Below, one piece after another: positions 38,948 through 48,064 of a stretch of DNA of 64,000 nucleotides. The translations under genes and the position numbers were made by a program. The first letter of the stretch is position 1, and each line of letters opens with the position of its first letter. Below the pieces are notes generated by a model. The model was given only the letters and a program-made list of their open reading frames with translations, had not been told where the DNA came from and ran no database searches. The DNA is taken from the IMG/VR virus record IMGVR_UViG_3300026549_001031; one strand, written 5' to 3'. This DNA is from a virus (lineage: Duplodnaviria; Heunggongvirae; Uroviricota; Caudoviricetes).

Positions 38948-39535
38948 ATGTTAAAGAGTAGAATTTTAGTAGTCATTGATATGCAAAATGACTTCTTAAC
39001 TGGTCCATTAGGTTGCATGGAACCTGAAAGAGTTTGTAACAAGGTATTAAAGCGGCTGAACAGTGGAAAATACGATAAGGTCTTTGCTACAAGAGATACA
39101 CATTATCAGAATACATATGCATCTACGATGGAGGGCAAAAAGCTTCCTGTTTTACATTGTGTGCAGAGTACAGATGGTTGGTGCATTGAGAAAAGAATTC
39201 AGGAGGCGCTGGATAAGCTGGCAGCATCTGATGAGTTTAAGGTGAGTATCATCAACAAGGAAACATTTGGTAGTCTTGACCTTGCATATCAGATTAAGAA
39301 TTGGACTAATAGAGAGTGCTTAGATGAAGATGACCTGATCATTGATATTTGTGGAGTGTTTACAGATATCTGCGTGATTAGCAATGCAACTTTGATTAAG
39401 GCAGCTGTGCCTAATGCAACCATTAGAATTATTTCTAATGCATGTTCATGTGGCAGTGAGGAGGATCAGGAGAGAGCACTTAAGAGTATGGAGAAAATGC
39501 ACATGGACATATTGTATCCTGTGACAATGCAGTAG
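38948..39535 (+). CDS. pncA: nicotinamidase (isochorismatase family)
   Basis: VIDMQNDF, TRDTH, HC, K, GVFTDICV; context with pncB. Confidence 0.85.
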   Translation: MLKSRILVVIDMQNDFLTGPLGCMEPERVCNKVLKRLNSGKYDKVFATRDTHYQNTYASTMEGKKLPVLHCVQSTDGWCIEKRIQEALDKLAASDEFKVSIINKETFGSLDLAYQIKNWTNRECLDEDDLIIDICGVFTDICVISNATLIKAAVPNATIRIISNACSCGSEEDQERALKSMEKMHMDILYPVTMQ

Positions 39536-39556
39536 TTATTAAGAGAGGACATAGAA

Positions 39557-40321
39557 ATGACAAAGCCTGACATGATAAAAGAACTTAAGGTTTATGGTGC
39601 TGATGATAAAAGCATCAAGATCATTTTAAGACGTGGAGAACCTACATATAAGTTTAACGTTGGGGACATGGTTAAGCATGGTGGGTTTGCAGAGACAGTA
39701 GTGAAGGACCAGTTATGTAATGGAATGGCTTACATTGTAGAATGTAAGACAGATAAGGGAGAAAGGGTAGAGCATCTGGTTCCTTGGACAGAAGTAAGAA
39801 AATTAGAGAGAAGCAGTGAAATTATCTCAACTAACAATGATGTTGATTTACTGTTTCACCCTAAGGACTTAACAGAACTTATTGGAACTTACTACTACAG
39901 TTTTGGTATTGATACTGATCCTGAATATCAGAGAGGTTACGTGTGGAACGAGGCAGATAGAGAAGAGCTGATGGACAGTGTGTTCAAGTCAATTGACATT
40001 GGTAAAATAGTGCTGGTAGACAAGGAACACGCAGGAGATACAGATGATTGGTATGAGATCCTGGATGGTAAGCAGCGGCTTTTAACACTTGTTGCATACT
40101 TTGAAGATAGATTCCCTTATAAAGGCTTGTACTACAGTGATCTTTGTAGGGAGGACAAGAGAAAGTTCGACAATACAAGTGTTTCAGTGGCAATTGTCAG
40201 AAACGCTAGTAAAGAATTGATATACAGATTGTTTATCATGCTCAACACGGCAGGAAAGTCAATGAGCAGCGAGGACATGGATAGAGCATTGAAACTTTAC
40301 AAAGAAAGCATTGAGAAATAG
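39557..40321 (+). CDS. DUF262 (ParB/Srx-like) domain protein
   Basis: PEYQRGYVW, ILDGKQRL, LFIMLNTAG. Confidence 0.85.
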   Translation: MTKPDMIKELKVYGADDKSIKIILRRGEPTYKFNVGDMVKHGGFAETVVKDQLCNGMAYIVECKTDKGERVEHLVPWTEVRKLERSSEIISTNNDVDLLFHPKDLTELIGTYYYSFGIDTDPEYQRGYVWNEADREELMDSVFKSIDIGKIVLVDKEHAGDTDDWYEILDGKQRLLTLVAYFEDRFPYKGLYYSDLCREDKRKFDNTSVSVAIVRNASKELIYRLFIMLNTAGKSMSSEDMDRALKLYKESIEK

Positions 40322-40333
40322 GAGGATACAATT

Positions 40334-41551
40334 ATGAAATTAGCACAAATCATTAACAGTTTGTTAGAGACAGACATGTACAAATTCAGCATGGGGCAGG
40401 CAATTTATCATCAGTTTTCAGGATACAAGACAACCTGGACATTTAAGTGTCGTAACAAGGATGTGAAATTTACACCTGAAATGGTGCAGGAGATCAGAGA
40501 GCAGATCAAGGCATATTGTGGCTTAAGATTTACAGAGCCTGAACTTGAGTATCTGCATGGTATCAAGTGGCTTAAGGGATCGTATGTGGACTTCTTAAGA
40601 TTGTGGCAGCCTCGATTTGAGGACTTTACAATCACAGAGGATGGTCCTTGTGGTTTATCAATCGAAACATTTGGTACATGGTTGAATACCTCTATGTATG
40701 AGATTCCTACACTTGCAGTTGTAAATGAGGTATACTTCAGAATGTCAAAAGACTATGACAAGTTGATCAAGAGCTTTAAGGAAAAAATGGATGCCAAGTA
40801 TGAAATGCTGAAGAGCGGTCACTGGTACATTGGTACATTCAGTGAGTTTGGTCTGCGTCGTAGACTTTCAGCAGAGGCACAGGAGTATGCAATTGATAAG
40901 CTTTCTCATCTGAATGATACATTACATTGTTCATCAAAGTTCATTGGCACTTCAAATGTGTACCTTGCAAAGAAGTTTGGTTTAACACCTGTAGGAACGA
41001 TGGCACATGAGTGGATTATGTGTACTGGACAGGGAAATCATAAGCATAATCCTGCATATTCTAACTGGTATGCACTGGACGCTTGGGTTAAGGAGTATGG
41101 AGTATTAAATGGTATTGCATTAACAGATACAATCACCACTGATTGTTTCTTAAGAGACTTTCAGTTAACCTATGCAACACTGTTTAACGGAGTAAGACAT
41201 GACAGTGGAGACCCTGTAGAATGGGGAGAGAAAATGATTGAGCACTACAAGGCTCTTGGAATTGATCCTAAGACAAAGACACTTCTGTTCAGTGACAGCC
41301 TGAACTTTGAGAAGGCAGATAAACTTTACAGACGCTTCTGCAATGATACAAATGTAGCATTTGGAATTGGAACTTACATTTCAAATGACACCTGTGAAGA
41401 GCCTCTGAACATTGTGATGAAAGTTACACGTTGTAATGGAATGGACGTTGCAAAGATCTCTGATACAGTAGGTAAAGGCATGTGCAAGAATCAGGAATAC
41501 GTTGACTATCTGCAGAGATGCATCGACTGGAGAATGGACAACGATAAATAG
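40334..41551 (+). CDS. pncB: nicotinate phosphoribosyltransferase
   Basis: SLLETDMYKFSM, EFGLRRR, GTSNV, GTMAHEW, RHDSGDP, FSDSL, FGIGT, KISD. Confidence 0.95.
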   Translation: MKLAQIINSLLETDMYKFSMGQAIYHQFSGYKTTWTFKCRNKDVKFTPEMVQEIREQIKAYCGLRFTEPELEYLHGIKWLKGSYVDFLRLWQPRFEDFTITEDGPCGLSIETFGTWLNTSMYEIPTLAVVNEVYFRMSKDYDKLIKSFKEKMDAKYEMLKSGHWYIGTFSEFGLRRRLSAEAQEYAIDKLSHLNDTLHCSSKFIGTSNVYLAKKFGLTPVGTMAHEWIMCTGQGNHKHNPAYSNWYALDAWVKEYGVLNGIALTDTITTDCFLRDFQLTYATLFNGVRHDSGDPVEWGEKMIEHYKALGIDPKTKTLLFSDSLNFEKADKLYRRFCNDTNVAFGIGTYISNDTCEEPLNIVMKVTRCNGMDVAKISDTVGKGMCKNQEYVDYLQRCIDWRMDNDK

Positions 41552-41627
41552 AAAACAACAAAAGCAGTTGGAAGTAGAGCATACACCAGTTTCTAATAGG
41601 GCTGGTGTATGTTTAGTTGGGGGGACA

Positions 41628-42221
41628 ATGGAGATGGAGAACAAACTTACTAAACTTGAAAAAGTGCAAGGTGGAAAATTTCTTAACTTGTACAATTTAG
41701 AGTATACACGTGAAGATGGCAGTAAGAAAATCTATGAGACAGTAAGTAGAAAATCAGATCTTACACTTGATGATATGCAAGACAGTTCAATAGTTGCACA
41801 GGCAGTAGGAATGATAATGTTTAATCATGACATGAGTAAGATTATGCTTCAGCAGGAGTTCAGGATGGCAATGAACAAATGGGTGTATAACTTCCCAGGT
41901 GGTTTAATTGACAGCGGAGAAGATGCAGAGCAAGCAGCAACAAGAGAACTCTGGGAGGAGACAGGGTTGCATTTGGACAAGGTGATTGCACATTTACCTG
42001 TGACTTATACATCAGTTGGAATTAGTAATGAGACATCTGAGACAATTGTAGGTACAGCAAGTGGAGAGTTCAAGGCAAGTACATCAGTGGATGAGCAGAT
42101 CAAACCTGGTTGGTACAGTAAGGAAGATGTTAAGGCACTTCTTGAGAAGAAAGTACCAATGAGTATGAGAACAATGTCAGTGCTTTGGATGTGGGTCAGC
42201 ATGGACACATTGAAAGCATAA
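41628..42221 (+). CDS. Nudix hydrolase (ADP-ribose pyrophosphatase-like)
   Basis: QEFRMAM, FPGGLIDSGEDAEQAATRELWEETG. Confidence 0.88.
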   Translation: MEMENKLTKLEKVQGGKFLNLYNLEYTREDGSKKIYETVSRKSDLTLDDMQDSSIVAQAVGMIMFNHDMSKIMLQQEFRMAMNKWVYNFPGGLIDSGEDAEQAATRELWEETGLHLDKVIAHLPVTYTSVGISNETSETIVGTASGEFKASTSVDEQIKPGWYSKEDVKALLEKKVPMSMRTMSVLWMWVSMDTLKA

Positions 42222-42257
42222 CATAAAAAGAAAATAGGTTGAGTGGAGGTGGACATT

Positions 42258-42473
42258 ATGGGAATAAAGATGTTCATGGTAAAAGTTGTAACAGACAATG
42301 GGTATAACTGGGTGGCACATAAAGTCATTGTACGGGCAGACAATGAGGAACAGGCAGTAGCAAAGGCACATAAGAGTTTTGAGGGAAAACTTAAATTTGA
42401 TTGCTATGTACTTAAGGATAAAACAGAGTGCATAGAGATTGAATTTGATGAGCATGATTGTTACTATGTTTAA
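42258..42473 (+). CDS. small hypothetical protein
   Basis: GGAGG RBS; IVRADNEEQAVAKA. Confidence 0.6.
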   Translation: MGIKMFMVKVVTDNGYNWVAHKVIVRADNEEQAVAKAHKSFEGKLKFDCYVLKDKTECIEIEFDEHDCYYV

Positions 42474-42563
42474 TATGATAGGGCATATATCATTTGATGT
42501 ATGTCCTATTTTTATGCTTTAATATAAAAAAGAAATAAATTTATTTTTATTTTGGAGGAAAGA

Positions 42564-43418
42564 ATGGAAACGTACACACGCTTTGATTTTGAGCGAGAAG
42601 TCTTTGGTATGGATGTTGTAGACTTACTAGAGATATTAGATTATAAAAAGAACATCATATTGCAAGGGGCACCTGGTGTAGGTAAGACATATACTGCAAA
42701 AAGATTAGCCTATGCAAAGCTTGGATACATTGATAAGGATAGAGTGGTGCAGGTACAATTTCATCAGAACTATACATACGATGACTTTGTCATTGGTTTA
42801 AGACCTACAGAGGATGGTGGTTTTAGGTTTGAGCATGGACCTTTTTACAATATCTGTAAAAAAGCAGAGTCAGACTTTGAACATAAACCTTACTTCATAG
42901 TAATTGATGAGATCAACAGAGCAAATATGAGTAAGGTACTTGGTGAGGGCTTTTCACTTATTGAGAAAGATCATAGAAATGAACCTATTCTACTTAAGTA
43001 TGGTAATGAGGAGTTCAGTGTTCCTGATAACTTATACATTATTGGGACAATGAATACAGCTGATAGAGGCTTGGTAATGCTTGATTATGCATTAAGACGA
43101 AGATTTGCATTCATTACAGTTGATCCTCAATACAAGTCAGAGGGATTTAGACAGATAATGTATCAGTCAAACAACATTAAGTTTAATAGGATAGCAAAGA
43201 AAATAATTGAGTTAAATAAAGAGATCAGTAATGATGATATGCTAGGACCTGGTTTTCAGATTGGTCACTCATATTTTTGTTTGGGTAGACCTGTAACAGA
43301 TGATGATTTGAATTGTATAATTACATTCGAGATAATGCCTCTACTTAATGAATATTGGTATGACTCACCAGATAAAGTGAGTAAGTGGGAAGATACCTTC
43401 AGGGCAATACTTGGATAG
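42564..43418 (+). CDS. McrB-like AAA+ GTPase lacking N-terminal DNA-binding domain
   Basis: GAPGVGKT, QFHQNYTYDDF, IDEINRAN, GTMNTADR, DYALRRRF, IGHSYF. Confidence 0.9.
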   Translation: METYTRFDFEREVFGMDVVDLLEILDYKKNIILQGAPGVGKTYTAKRLAYAKLGYIDKDRVVQVQFHQNYTYDDFVIGLRPTEDGGFRFEHGPFYNICKKAESDFEHKPYFIVIDEINRANMSKVLGEGFSLIEKDHRNEPILLKYGNEEFSVPDNLYIIGTMNTADRGLVMLDYALRRRFAFITVDPQYKSEGFRQIMYQSNNIKFNRIAKKIIELNKEISNDDMLGPGFQIGHSYFCLGRPVTDDDLNCIITFEIMPLLNEYWYDSPDKVSKWEDTFRAILG

Positions 43419-43435
43419 CATTGGGAGAGTTAAAA

Positions 43436-43840
43436 ATGACATATGAAATTAAGAAAGAAAAGAAATTGAAAATGAGTGGAATACATAGTGAGAATAAGAT
43501 ATGCATGTACTTATTGAGTTTATTTGCAATTGGAGTTATGCTTAGCCTGCTTGGAATAAACATTGACAAACAGTTAAAGACATTCAATGGAGTTGGAATA
43601 CTTGTAAGTGCAAGTTTAATAGTTATAGTAAATACAGTACACAAAGAGAGAAAAGCATTGGGATATAAAGAAAAATGCATTGAATATGGTGATACTGATG
43701 TATTAAATGCAATGTTACTTTTTGTGGGACTTATGTCAATACATAATAGAGTCACTTGTGAGATTATAGTGATATGTAATTTGGTGTTTGAACAGTTGTT
43801 AAGGAGATTGAACTTTGGCAGTAAGAAAACAGCAGAATAG
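43436..43840 (+). CDS. small polytopic membrane protein
   Basis: 3-4 hydrophobic helices, between mcrB and mcrC. Confidence 0.6.
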   Translation: MTYEIKKEKKLKMSGIHSENKICMYLLSLFAIGVMLSLLGINIDKQLKTFNGVGILVSASLIVIVNTVHKERKALGYKEKCIEYGDTDVLNAMLLFVGLMSIHNRVTCEIIVICNLVFEQLLRRLNFGSKKTAE

Positions 43841-44912
43841 AGAAATTGAAAATGCATTTAATATGTTATGTTACTTATATGATGAGATAAAAGGTAGAAA
43901 ATTTAAGACATTTACGTTAGATGGAATAAACAATTTAGATAGTTTATATGCAGCGATTGTTTCAAGATGGTGTGCAGCATTAGCAAAGCAAGGGCTTTAT
44001 AAGGAATATGTAGTACAGGAAAATGAAGAATTAACATCACCGAAAGGTCAGATAAACATTCAGGAATCAATTACAAGACAGACAAGATCAAGAGGAACAT
44101 TGATTTGTAGTTATGATGAGTTAAGTGAAGATATTTATATAAATCATATATTAAAAGGCACGTTACAGTATTTATTATTTAACAGCAATGTAGATGAAAA
44201 AGTGAAAGTTGAAGTTAAAAAAGCATTACAGATGTTTAATGGTGTAGGATACGTTGATATTAACTTAATACATTGGAAAACAATTAAGTATAACAATAAT
44301 AATATGACTTACAAGCATTTGATTGAATTATGTAAAACAATGTTGGATGAACAGAAAGCATGTAAGAATGGAATATTAACAGATGATCAGAGAATGTACA
44401 TATTGTTTAAGAAACAGATTAGAAAATGGTTCAGAGAGACATATAGTGATGAAGATAATACAGTAGAAATAGTTGATGCACCTTATGAGAGAATGGAGGA
44501 TGAGCCTGAATTTGAATTAAAAACGAGCAAGTCACAGAGAATGATAGCAATAAGAAATGATAGATGTGCATTGTTAATATGTGTTAGGTTGCAAGATGAA
44601 AAATTACAGCAAGACAGTACATTAGGACGTAGACATGCAGAGGAATTAGTAAGACATTGTAGAGATTATAAAGATACATACAGAGTTAAGGTATTTGGCT
44701 GTATAGTTTATGTGAATATAGACAAGAGGAAATTGAATTTGCAGCCTATTACAGTGAATGCATTTAATGATTACATGATTGGTGAGACAACAGTTGATAT
44801 TTATGATCAGTGGAGGTTTGTAGAGAACAAGTTAAAAGATTGTTATAAATATTTCATTGAGCGTGAGAACAATAGAGCACACAAGGTAAATAATAAGAAA
44901 ATCAGGAAATAA
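43815..44912 (+). CDS. McrC-like protein
   Basis: NAFNMLCY, GLYKEY, PKGQI, CSYDELSEDIYINHILK; adjacent to McrB. Confidence 0.75.
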   Translation: MAVRKQQNREIENAFNMLCYLYDEIKGRKFKTFTLDGINNLDSLYAAIVSRWCAALAKQGLYKEYVVQENEELTSPKGQINIQESITRQTRSRGTLICSYDELSEDIYINHILKGTLQYLLFNSNVDEKVKVEVKKALQMFNGVGYVDINLIHWKTIKYNNNNMTYKHLIELCKTMLDEQKACKNGILTDDQRMYILFKKQIRKWFRETYSDEDNTVEIVDAPYERMEDEPEFELKTSKSQRMIAIRNDRCALLICVRLQDEKLQQDSTLGRRHAEELVRHCRDYKDTYRVKVFGCIVYVNIDKRKLNLQPITVNAFNDYMIGETTVDIYDQWRFVENKLKDCYKYFIERENNRAHKVNNKKIRK

Positions 44913-45017
44913 AATGACAGATGCATACAAAAGATAAAGAAGTAATAAGAAAAGTTTTGATATAAGGACATGGTTTAATTGATATGTCCTTATATTTTTA
45001 CAGAGTTTAGCATAGGT

Positions 45018-45046
45018 TTGATATTTTCAATAAAATGTGATATAAT
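45018..45046 (+). promoter_or_regulatory. sigma-A promoter, copy 2 of shared 29-bp promoter
   Basis: ttgatattttcaataaaatgtgatataat. Confidence 0.75.
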
Positions 45047-45067
45047 AAGTATAAAGGAGGACTTTAT

Positions 45068-46273
45068 ATGGAAAAGCAAGAAAGATGTAGATTGACATTG
45101 CAAGAAAAGCAACGGGCAATGGAAAAAACAGGTGGGCGTTGTGCTCATTGTGGTAAGAAAATCAGTATTCAGGAAATGACAGTGGAACACATTCATCCGA
45201 TCAGTAAGGGAGGGGATAACTCAGAATATAATATAACGGTGCTTTGTGAAGATTGCAATACTCGTAAGAGTAATTTTATGTACAGACCTTCAGATTATTA
45301 CAAGTACATAAAGCAGGAGTATATGCCTTTGTATTTGATAAGTTCACTTAAGTTTAGGAATGAGTACATTAAAGATGGAAGAAATGATCTTGATTTCTTG
45401 GTGTATGATGCAGTGTCTTATTCATACTTACCCTTTGAGAAATTTATGATGGTACGTAATACAGCAAAGCGTGACAAGAGGAAGGGAGCAGACCTAATTG
45501 AAAAAGTGAGTGTCAAGGTAAAATTGGAGTATGCATATCCTGGTGATGCAGAGAGAATTTTAGAGTACATTAACAAAATGTATGAGAAGCATGGTGTAGA
45601 CAGATTGATTTATGATAACGAGTATACAATACTCAATGCAATTAAGACAGGTAAGGTGTTAATGTTGACACGTGCTAATGAGACATTATGTGGTTTATTC
45701 ATACTTGACAATTTTGAGGGCGTACAGGTCGAGAATTGCCAGTTTAACAATATTATTGAGTCAACGACATTAAGACAAGAGTACATTATGACTTATTGTT
45801 TCTCATCTGTTGAGGATACTAGACTGTTTAATGATGTGATGGTAGACATTATAAACTTTTTGGTAAACACTAAGATTTTTCCTGTGATGTTTGGATATTT
45901 GTCAGAGTGTTATGCAGGAGAGTCACAATACATAGACATACCTTACAACTACAAGGGTTGTGATGGACAATTACAGTTCTTTACAATTAAGGGCATCAGG
46001 TCAGTATTGAGAGAGACAGTTGACAACTTAGTTAAGGTAGGGTTTATGACAGACGAAGATGCAAGTAACATTATTGAAAAACAGATATACTCAGAGATTG
46101 GAGAAAGTACACAGGAATATATTAGGTTACTCACTGAAAAATGTAAATTAAACACTAAAGAGATGGAGGCAATTGGAGTAGACGAGAATGGTGCAACTAT
46201 AGAGAAAGCAGATACTGAGAAGAAGGACATGGATACGGAAAAGACAGGCATAAGAAAGGCAGTAGAGGCATGA
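45068..46273 (+). CDS. HNH endonuclease domain fused to long C-terminal region
   Basis: CAHCG...TVEHIHPISKGG...NITVLCEDCNTRK. Confidence 0.85.
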   Translation: MEKQERCRLTLQEKQRAMEKTGGRCAHCGKKISIQEMTVEHIHPISKGGDNSEYNITVLCEDCNTRKSNFMYRPSDYYKYIKQEYMPLYLISSLKFRNEYIKDGRNDLDFLVYDAVSYSYLPFEKFMMVRNTAKRDKRKGADLIEKVSVKVKLEYAYPGDAERILEYINKMYEKHGVDRLIYDNEYTILNAIKTGKVLMLTRANETLCGLFILDNFEGVQVENCQFNNIIESTTLRQEYIMTYCFSSVEDTRLFNDVMVDIINFLVNTKIFPVMFGYLSECYAGESQYIDIPYNYKGCDGQLQFFTIKGIRSVLRETVDNLVKVGFMTDEDASNIIEKQIYSEIGESTQEYIRLLTEKCKLNTKEMEAIGVDENGATIEKADTEKKDMDTEKTGIRKAVEA

Positions 46274-46683
46274 GTATAAAATTCGAGCAACAGATAGAGG
46301 ATGATTTCAGACATATGTGTGACAGCATAGCATATTATCAGGGCGACGTAGAAGAGGTTACAATAGACCATGAGTGGACTAGGCACGACCTTGAGGAAGA
46401 TGTGTTAGAGATGGTGCACAAGGCGTTAAGCGGTGATAAGAAAACGGGTATACCTAGCTGGATAGAACAGAATCAGTATAGGGTAGTGAAAGATCCTGAT
46501 TTATTAAAGGATGAGTACTTGGCAAATTATATCATTGAGCAGTGGGATATGATTGAGGCATATAATAGAATATATGATAAGCACAGAAATGATAAGCCTA
46601 TGAAGTTTGGTATATGTTACTTTGATGATGAAATCGTTGATACAGCACAGAATATACTTAAGAAAAACTTGGTGAGCAATTGA
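46270..46683 (+). CDS. hypothetical protein
   Basis: ATGA overlap with upstream gene. Confidence 0.65.
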   Translation: MSIKFEQQIEDDFRHMCDSIAYYQGDVEEVTIDHEWTRHDLEEDVLEMVHKALSGDKKTGIPSWIEQNQYRVVKDPDLLKDEYLANYIIEQWDMIEAYNRIYDKHRNDKPMKFGICYFDDEIVDTAQNILKKNLVSN

Positions 46684-46768
46684 GATTTTAGTGATAGACT
46701 TGTTTAGATGCATAGAAGTAATAAAAAGGTAGTTTTTATTTATTAAAAATAAGAAAGAGGTTTAAGAT

Positions 46769-46884
46769 ATGTTAGGCATGATGATAAATTCAACATCAAA
46801 TGGAAATACAAGTTCGACTATAAAAAGTAATAGTACGGGCTTTATTTTGATGTTGAATACTTTATCGTTGTGATAGCTTAACAT
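46769..46884 (+). other. long imperfect rod-like hairpin (possible sRNA) overlapping a 34-aa ORF
   Basis: stacked helices 46769-77/46876-84, 46778-88/46861-71, 46788-800/46846-58. Confidence 0.6.
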
Positions 46885-46896
46885 TAGTGGTGTAAC

Positions 46897-46932
46897 AAAT
46901 GCCAGTGAGGTTAATCTTCACTGGCATTTTTT
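46897..46932 (+). terminator. Rho-independent terminator
   Basis: aaatgccagtgagg/cttcactggcattt + T-tract. Confidence 0.85.
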
Positions 46933-47104
46933 ATTGTACTAATACATTTTAGATAAAAGAATAAGGCGGTGGTTTTATTTGATAGACAGTTCAGATACTG
47001 ATGGAACAGGTAAAAATCGTGCAACATTAAGGCTATTTAGATAGCCTGTTAAAGTGCGTCTAATTTCATTTCAATAAAAATTGAAAAATTTTTAGAGAAA
47101 ATGG

Positions 47105-47133
47105 TTGACAGAGTGGAATTTATATGGTAAGAT
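47105..47133 (+). promoter_or_regulatory. sigma-A promoter of the large tRNA/ncRNA array
   Basis: TTGACA-17-TAAGAT with extended TG, upstream A-tracts. Confidence 0.75.
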
Positions 47134-47176
47134 AGATATATGTTAAGGGAAAGGAAAACATATTAAGAAAGAAATA

Positions 47177-47256
47177 TCCCCGTCAAGTTTTCAATGGGAA
47201 AACACTGTTAGTAAGCGCGCTACAGAGATGTTAGGTTCGATCCCTAAGGCGTGGGG
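47177..47256 (+). ncRNA. tRNA-like RNA with 13-nt anticodon-position loop
   Basis: D arm gtttt/aaaac, ctgt/acag stem, TTAGG-TTCGATC-CCTAA T arm, imperfect acceptor stem. Confidence 0.65.
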
Positions 47257-47295
47257 CTAGTCAGTTTAGTTAATAGACTGGCATTAAAAGAATAA

Positions 47296-47368
47296 TCCTT
47301 CATAGCTCAGTAGGTAGAGCGCCTGACTGTTAATCAGGTTGTCGCAGGTTCGAGCCCTGCTGGAGGAG
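47296..47368 (+). tRNA. tRNA-Asn(GUU)
   Basis: TCCTTCA/TGGAGGA, cctga-CTGTTAA-tcagg. Confidence 0.95.
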
Positions 47369-47568
47369 CTTTTAAACATTGATATTAAATCAATGGTGCA
47401 TGAGGTAGTTTCTGACTTGGCAAGAGAAAAGTGGAATGAATTAAGAGGTGACCAGCTTGTGAAAAATGTTAAGACATCACAAGTAGCAGATAGAATCGTT
47501 AGTGAGTTATCAGACAGAATAGTTCATGATTTGACGATTAAGGTTTATAGTAGTAATTAAGAAGATAT

Positions 47569-47641
47569 GGGTCATTAGCTCAGTTGGGAGAGCACGTGAC
47601 TTTTAATCACGGGGTCATGGGTTCAAATCCCATATGGCTCA
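47569..47641 (+). tRNA. tRNA-Lys(UUU)
   Basis: GGGTCAT/ATGGCTC, cgtga-CTTTTAA-tcacg. Confidence 0.95.
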
Positions 47642-47682
47642 TTGATAGGCTTCACAACCATTAAAATTAAGATAAGGTGTAT

Positions 47683-47816
47683 GACTGCTGAGAGAGCATT
47701 TGTATTTTTAGGTATAGGCAGTCGAGAGGTTCAGTAGAGAAGAGTATCTTGCCTAACAATTGTGTTAGGAGATCGCAAGTAGTAACGCGCCGCCTGGACC
47801 GCAGAGAAAAATACAA
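47683..47816 (+). ncRNA. unassigned structured RNA in tRNA array
   Basis: 47700-09/47807-16, 47728-34/47794-800, 47752-58/47763-69 and crossing 47683-88/47718-23 helices. Confidence 0.5.
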
Positions 47817-47824
47817 TTTAATAT

Positions 47825-47898
47825 GGACCATTAGCTCAGCTGGTTAGAGCAGTCGGCTCATAACCGATCGGTCCGGGGTTCGAGTCCCTGATGGTCCA
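47825..47898 (+). tRNA. tRNA(CAU), most likely Ile2 (lysidine)
   Basis: GGACCAT/ATGGTCC, gtcgg-CTCATAA-ccgat; body resembles Firmicutes tRNA-Ile2. Confidence 0.88.
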
Positions 47899-47903
47899 CT
47901 ACA

Positions 47904-48022
47904 TTCTATGTGAGGTTATTGACGGTGGTCAATGCTAAAGTTCCTTAAAGGTTTCTGCTGTAACAGGTGGAGTAATATTAAACACGTGGTTTCGTGTGTT
48001 CAACCATGCGACTTACATAGAG
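47904..48022 (+). ncRNA. unassigned multibranch structured RNA in tRNA array
   Basis: 11-bp closing stem 47904-14/48012-22 enclosing several hairpins. Confidence 0.5.
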
Positions 48023-48064
48023 GGTAACAAGGGCATTAATACTAATGCCCTTAACAATGAAAAC

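Noticed and set aside
16659-45470. Further TACAGCAA matches inside coding sequences (e.g. ~16659, ~24333, ~36572, ~42053, ~44605, ~45460)
   Set aside because: Explained by common codons; I saw no flanking 6-bp helix plus TGT, so they were not counted as module copies.
47339-47560. 73-aa ORF in tRNA array
   Set aside because: Start lies inside tRNA-Asn; the downstream part may be a gene remnant but has no well-spaced RBS and start.
47683-47816. HDV-like (theta) ribozyme after tRNA-Lys
   Set aside because: Pseudoknot order is similar, but there is no room for P3/L3, no C residues for P1.1, and it does not abut the tRNA 3' end.
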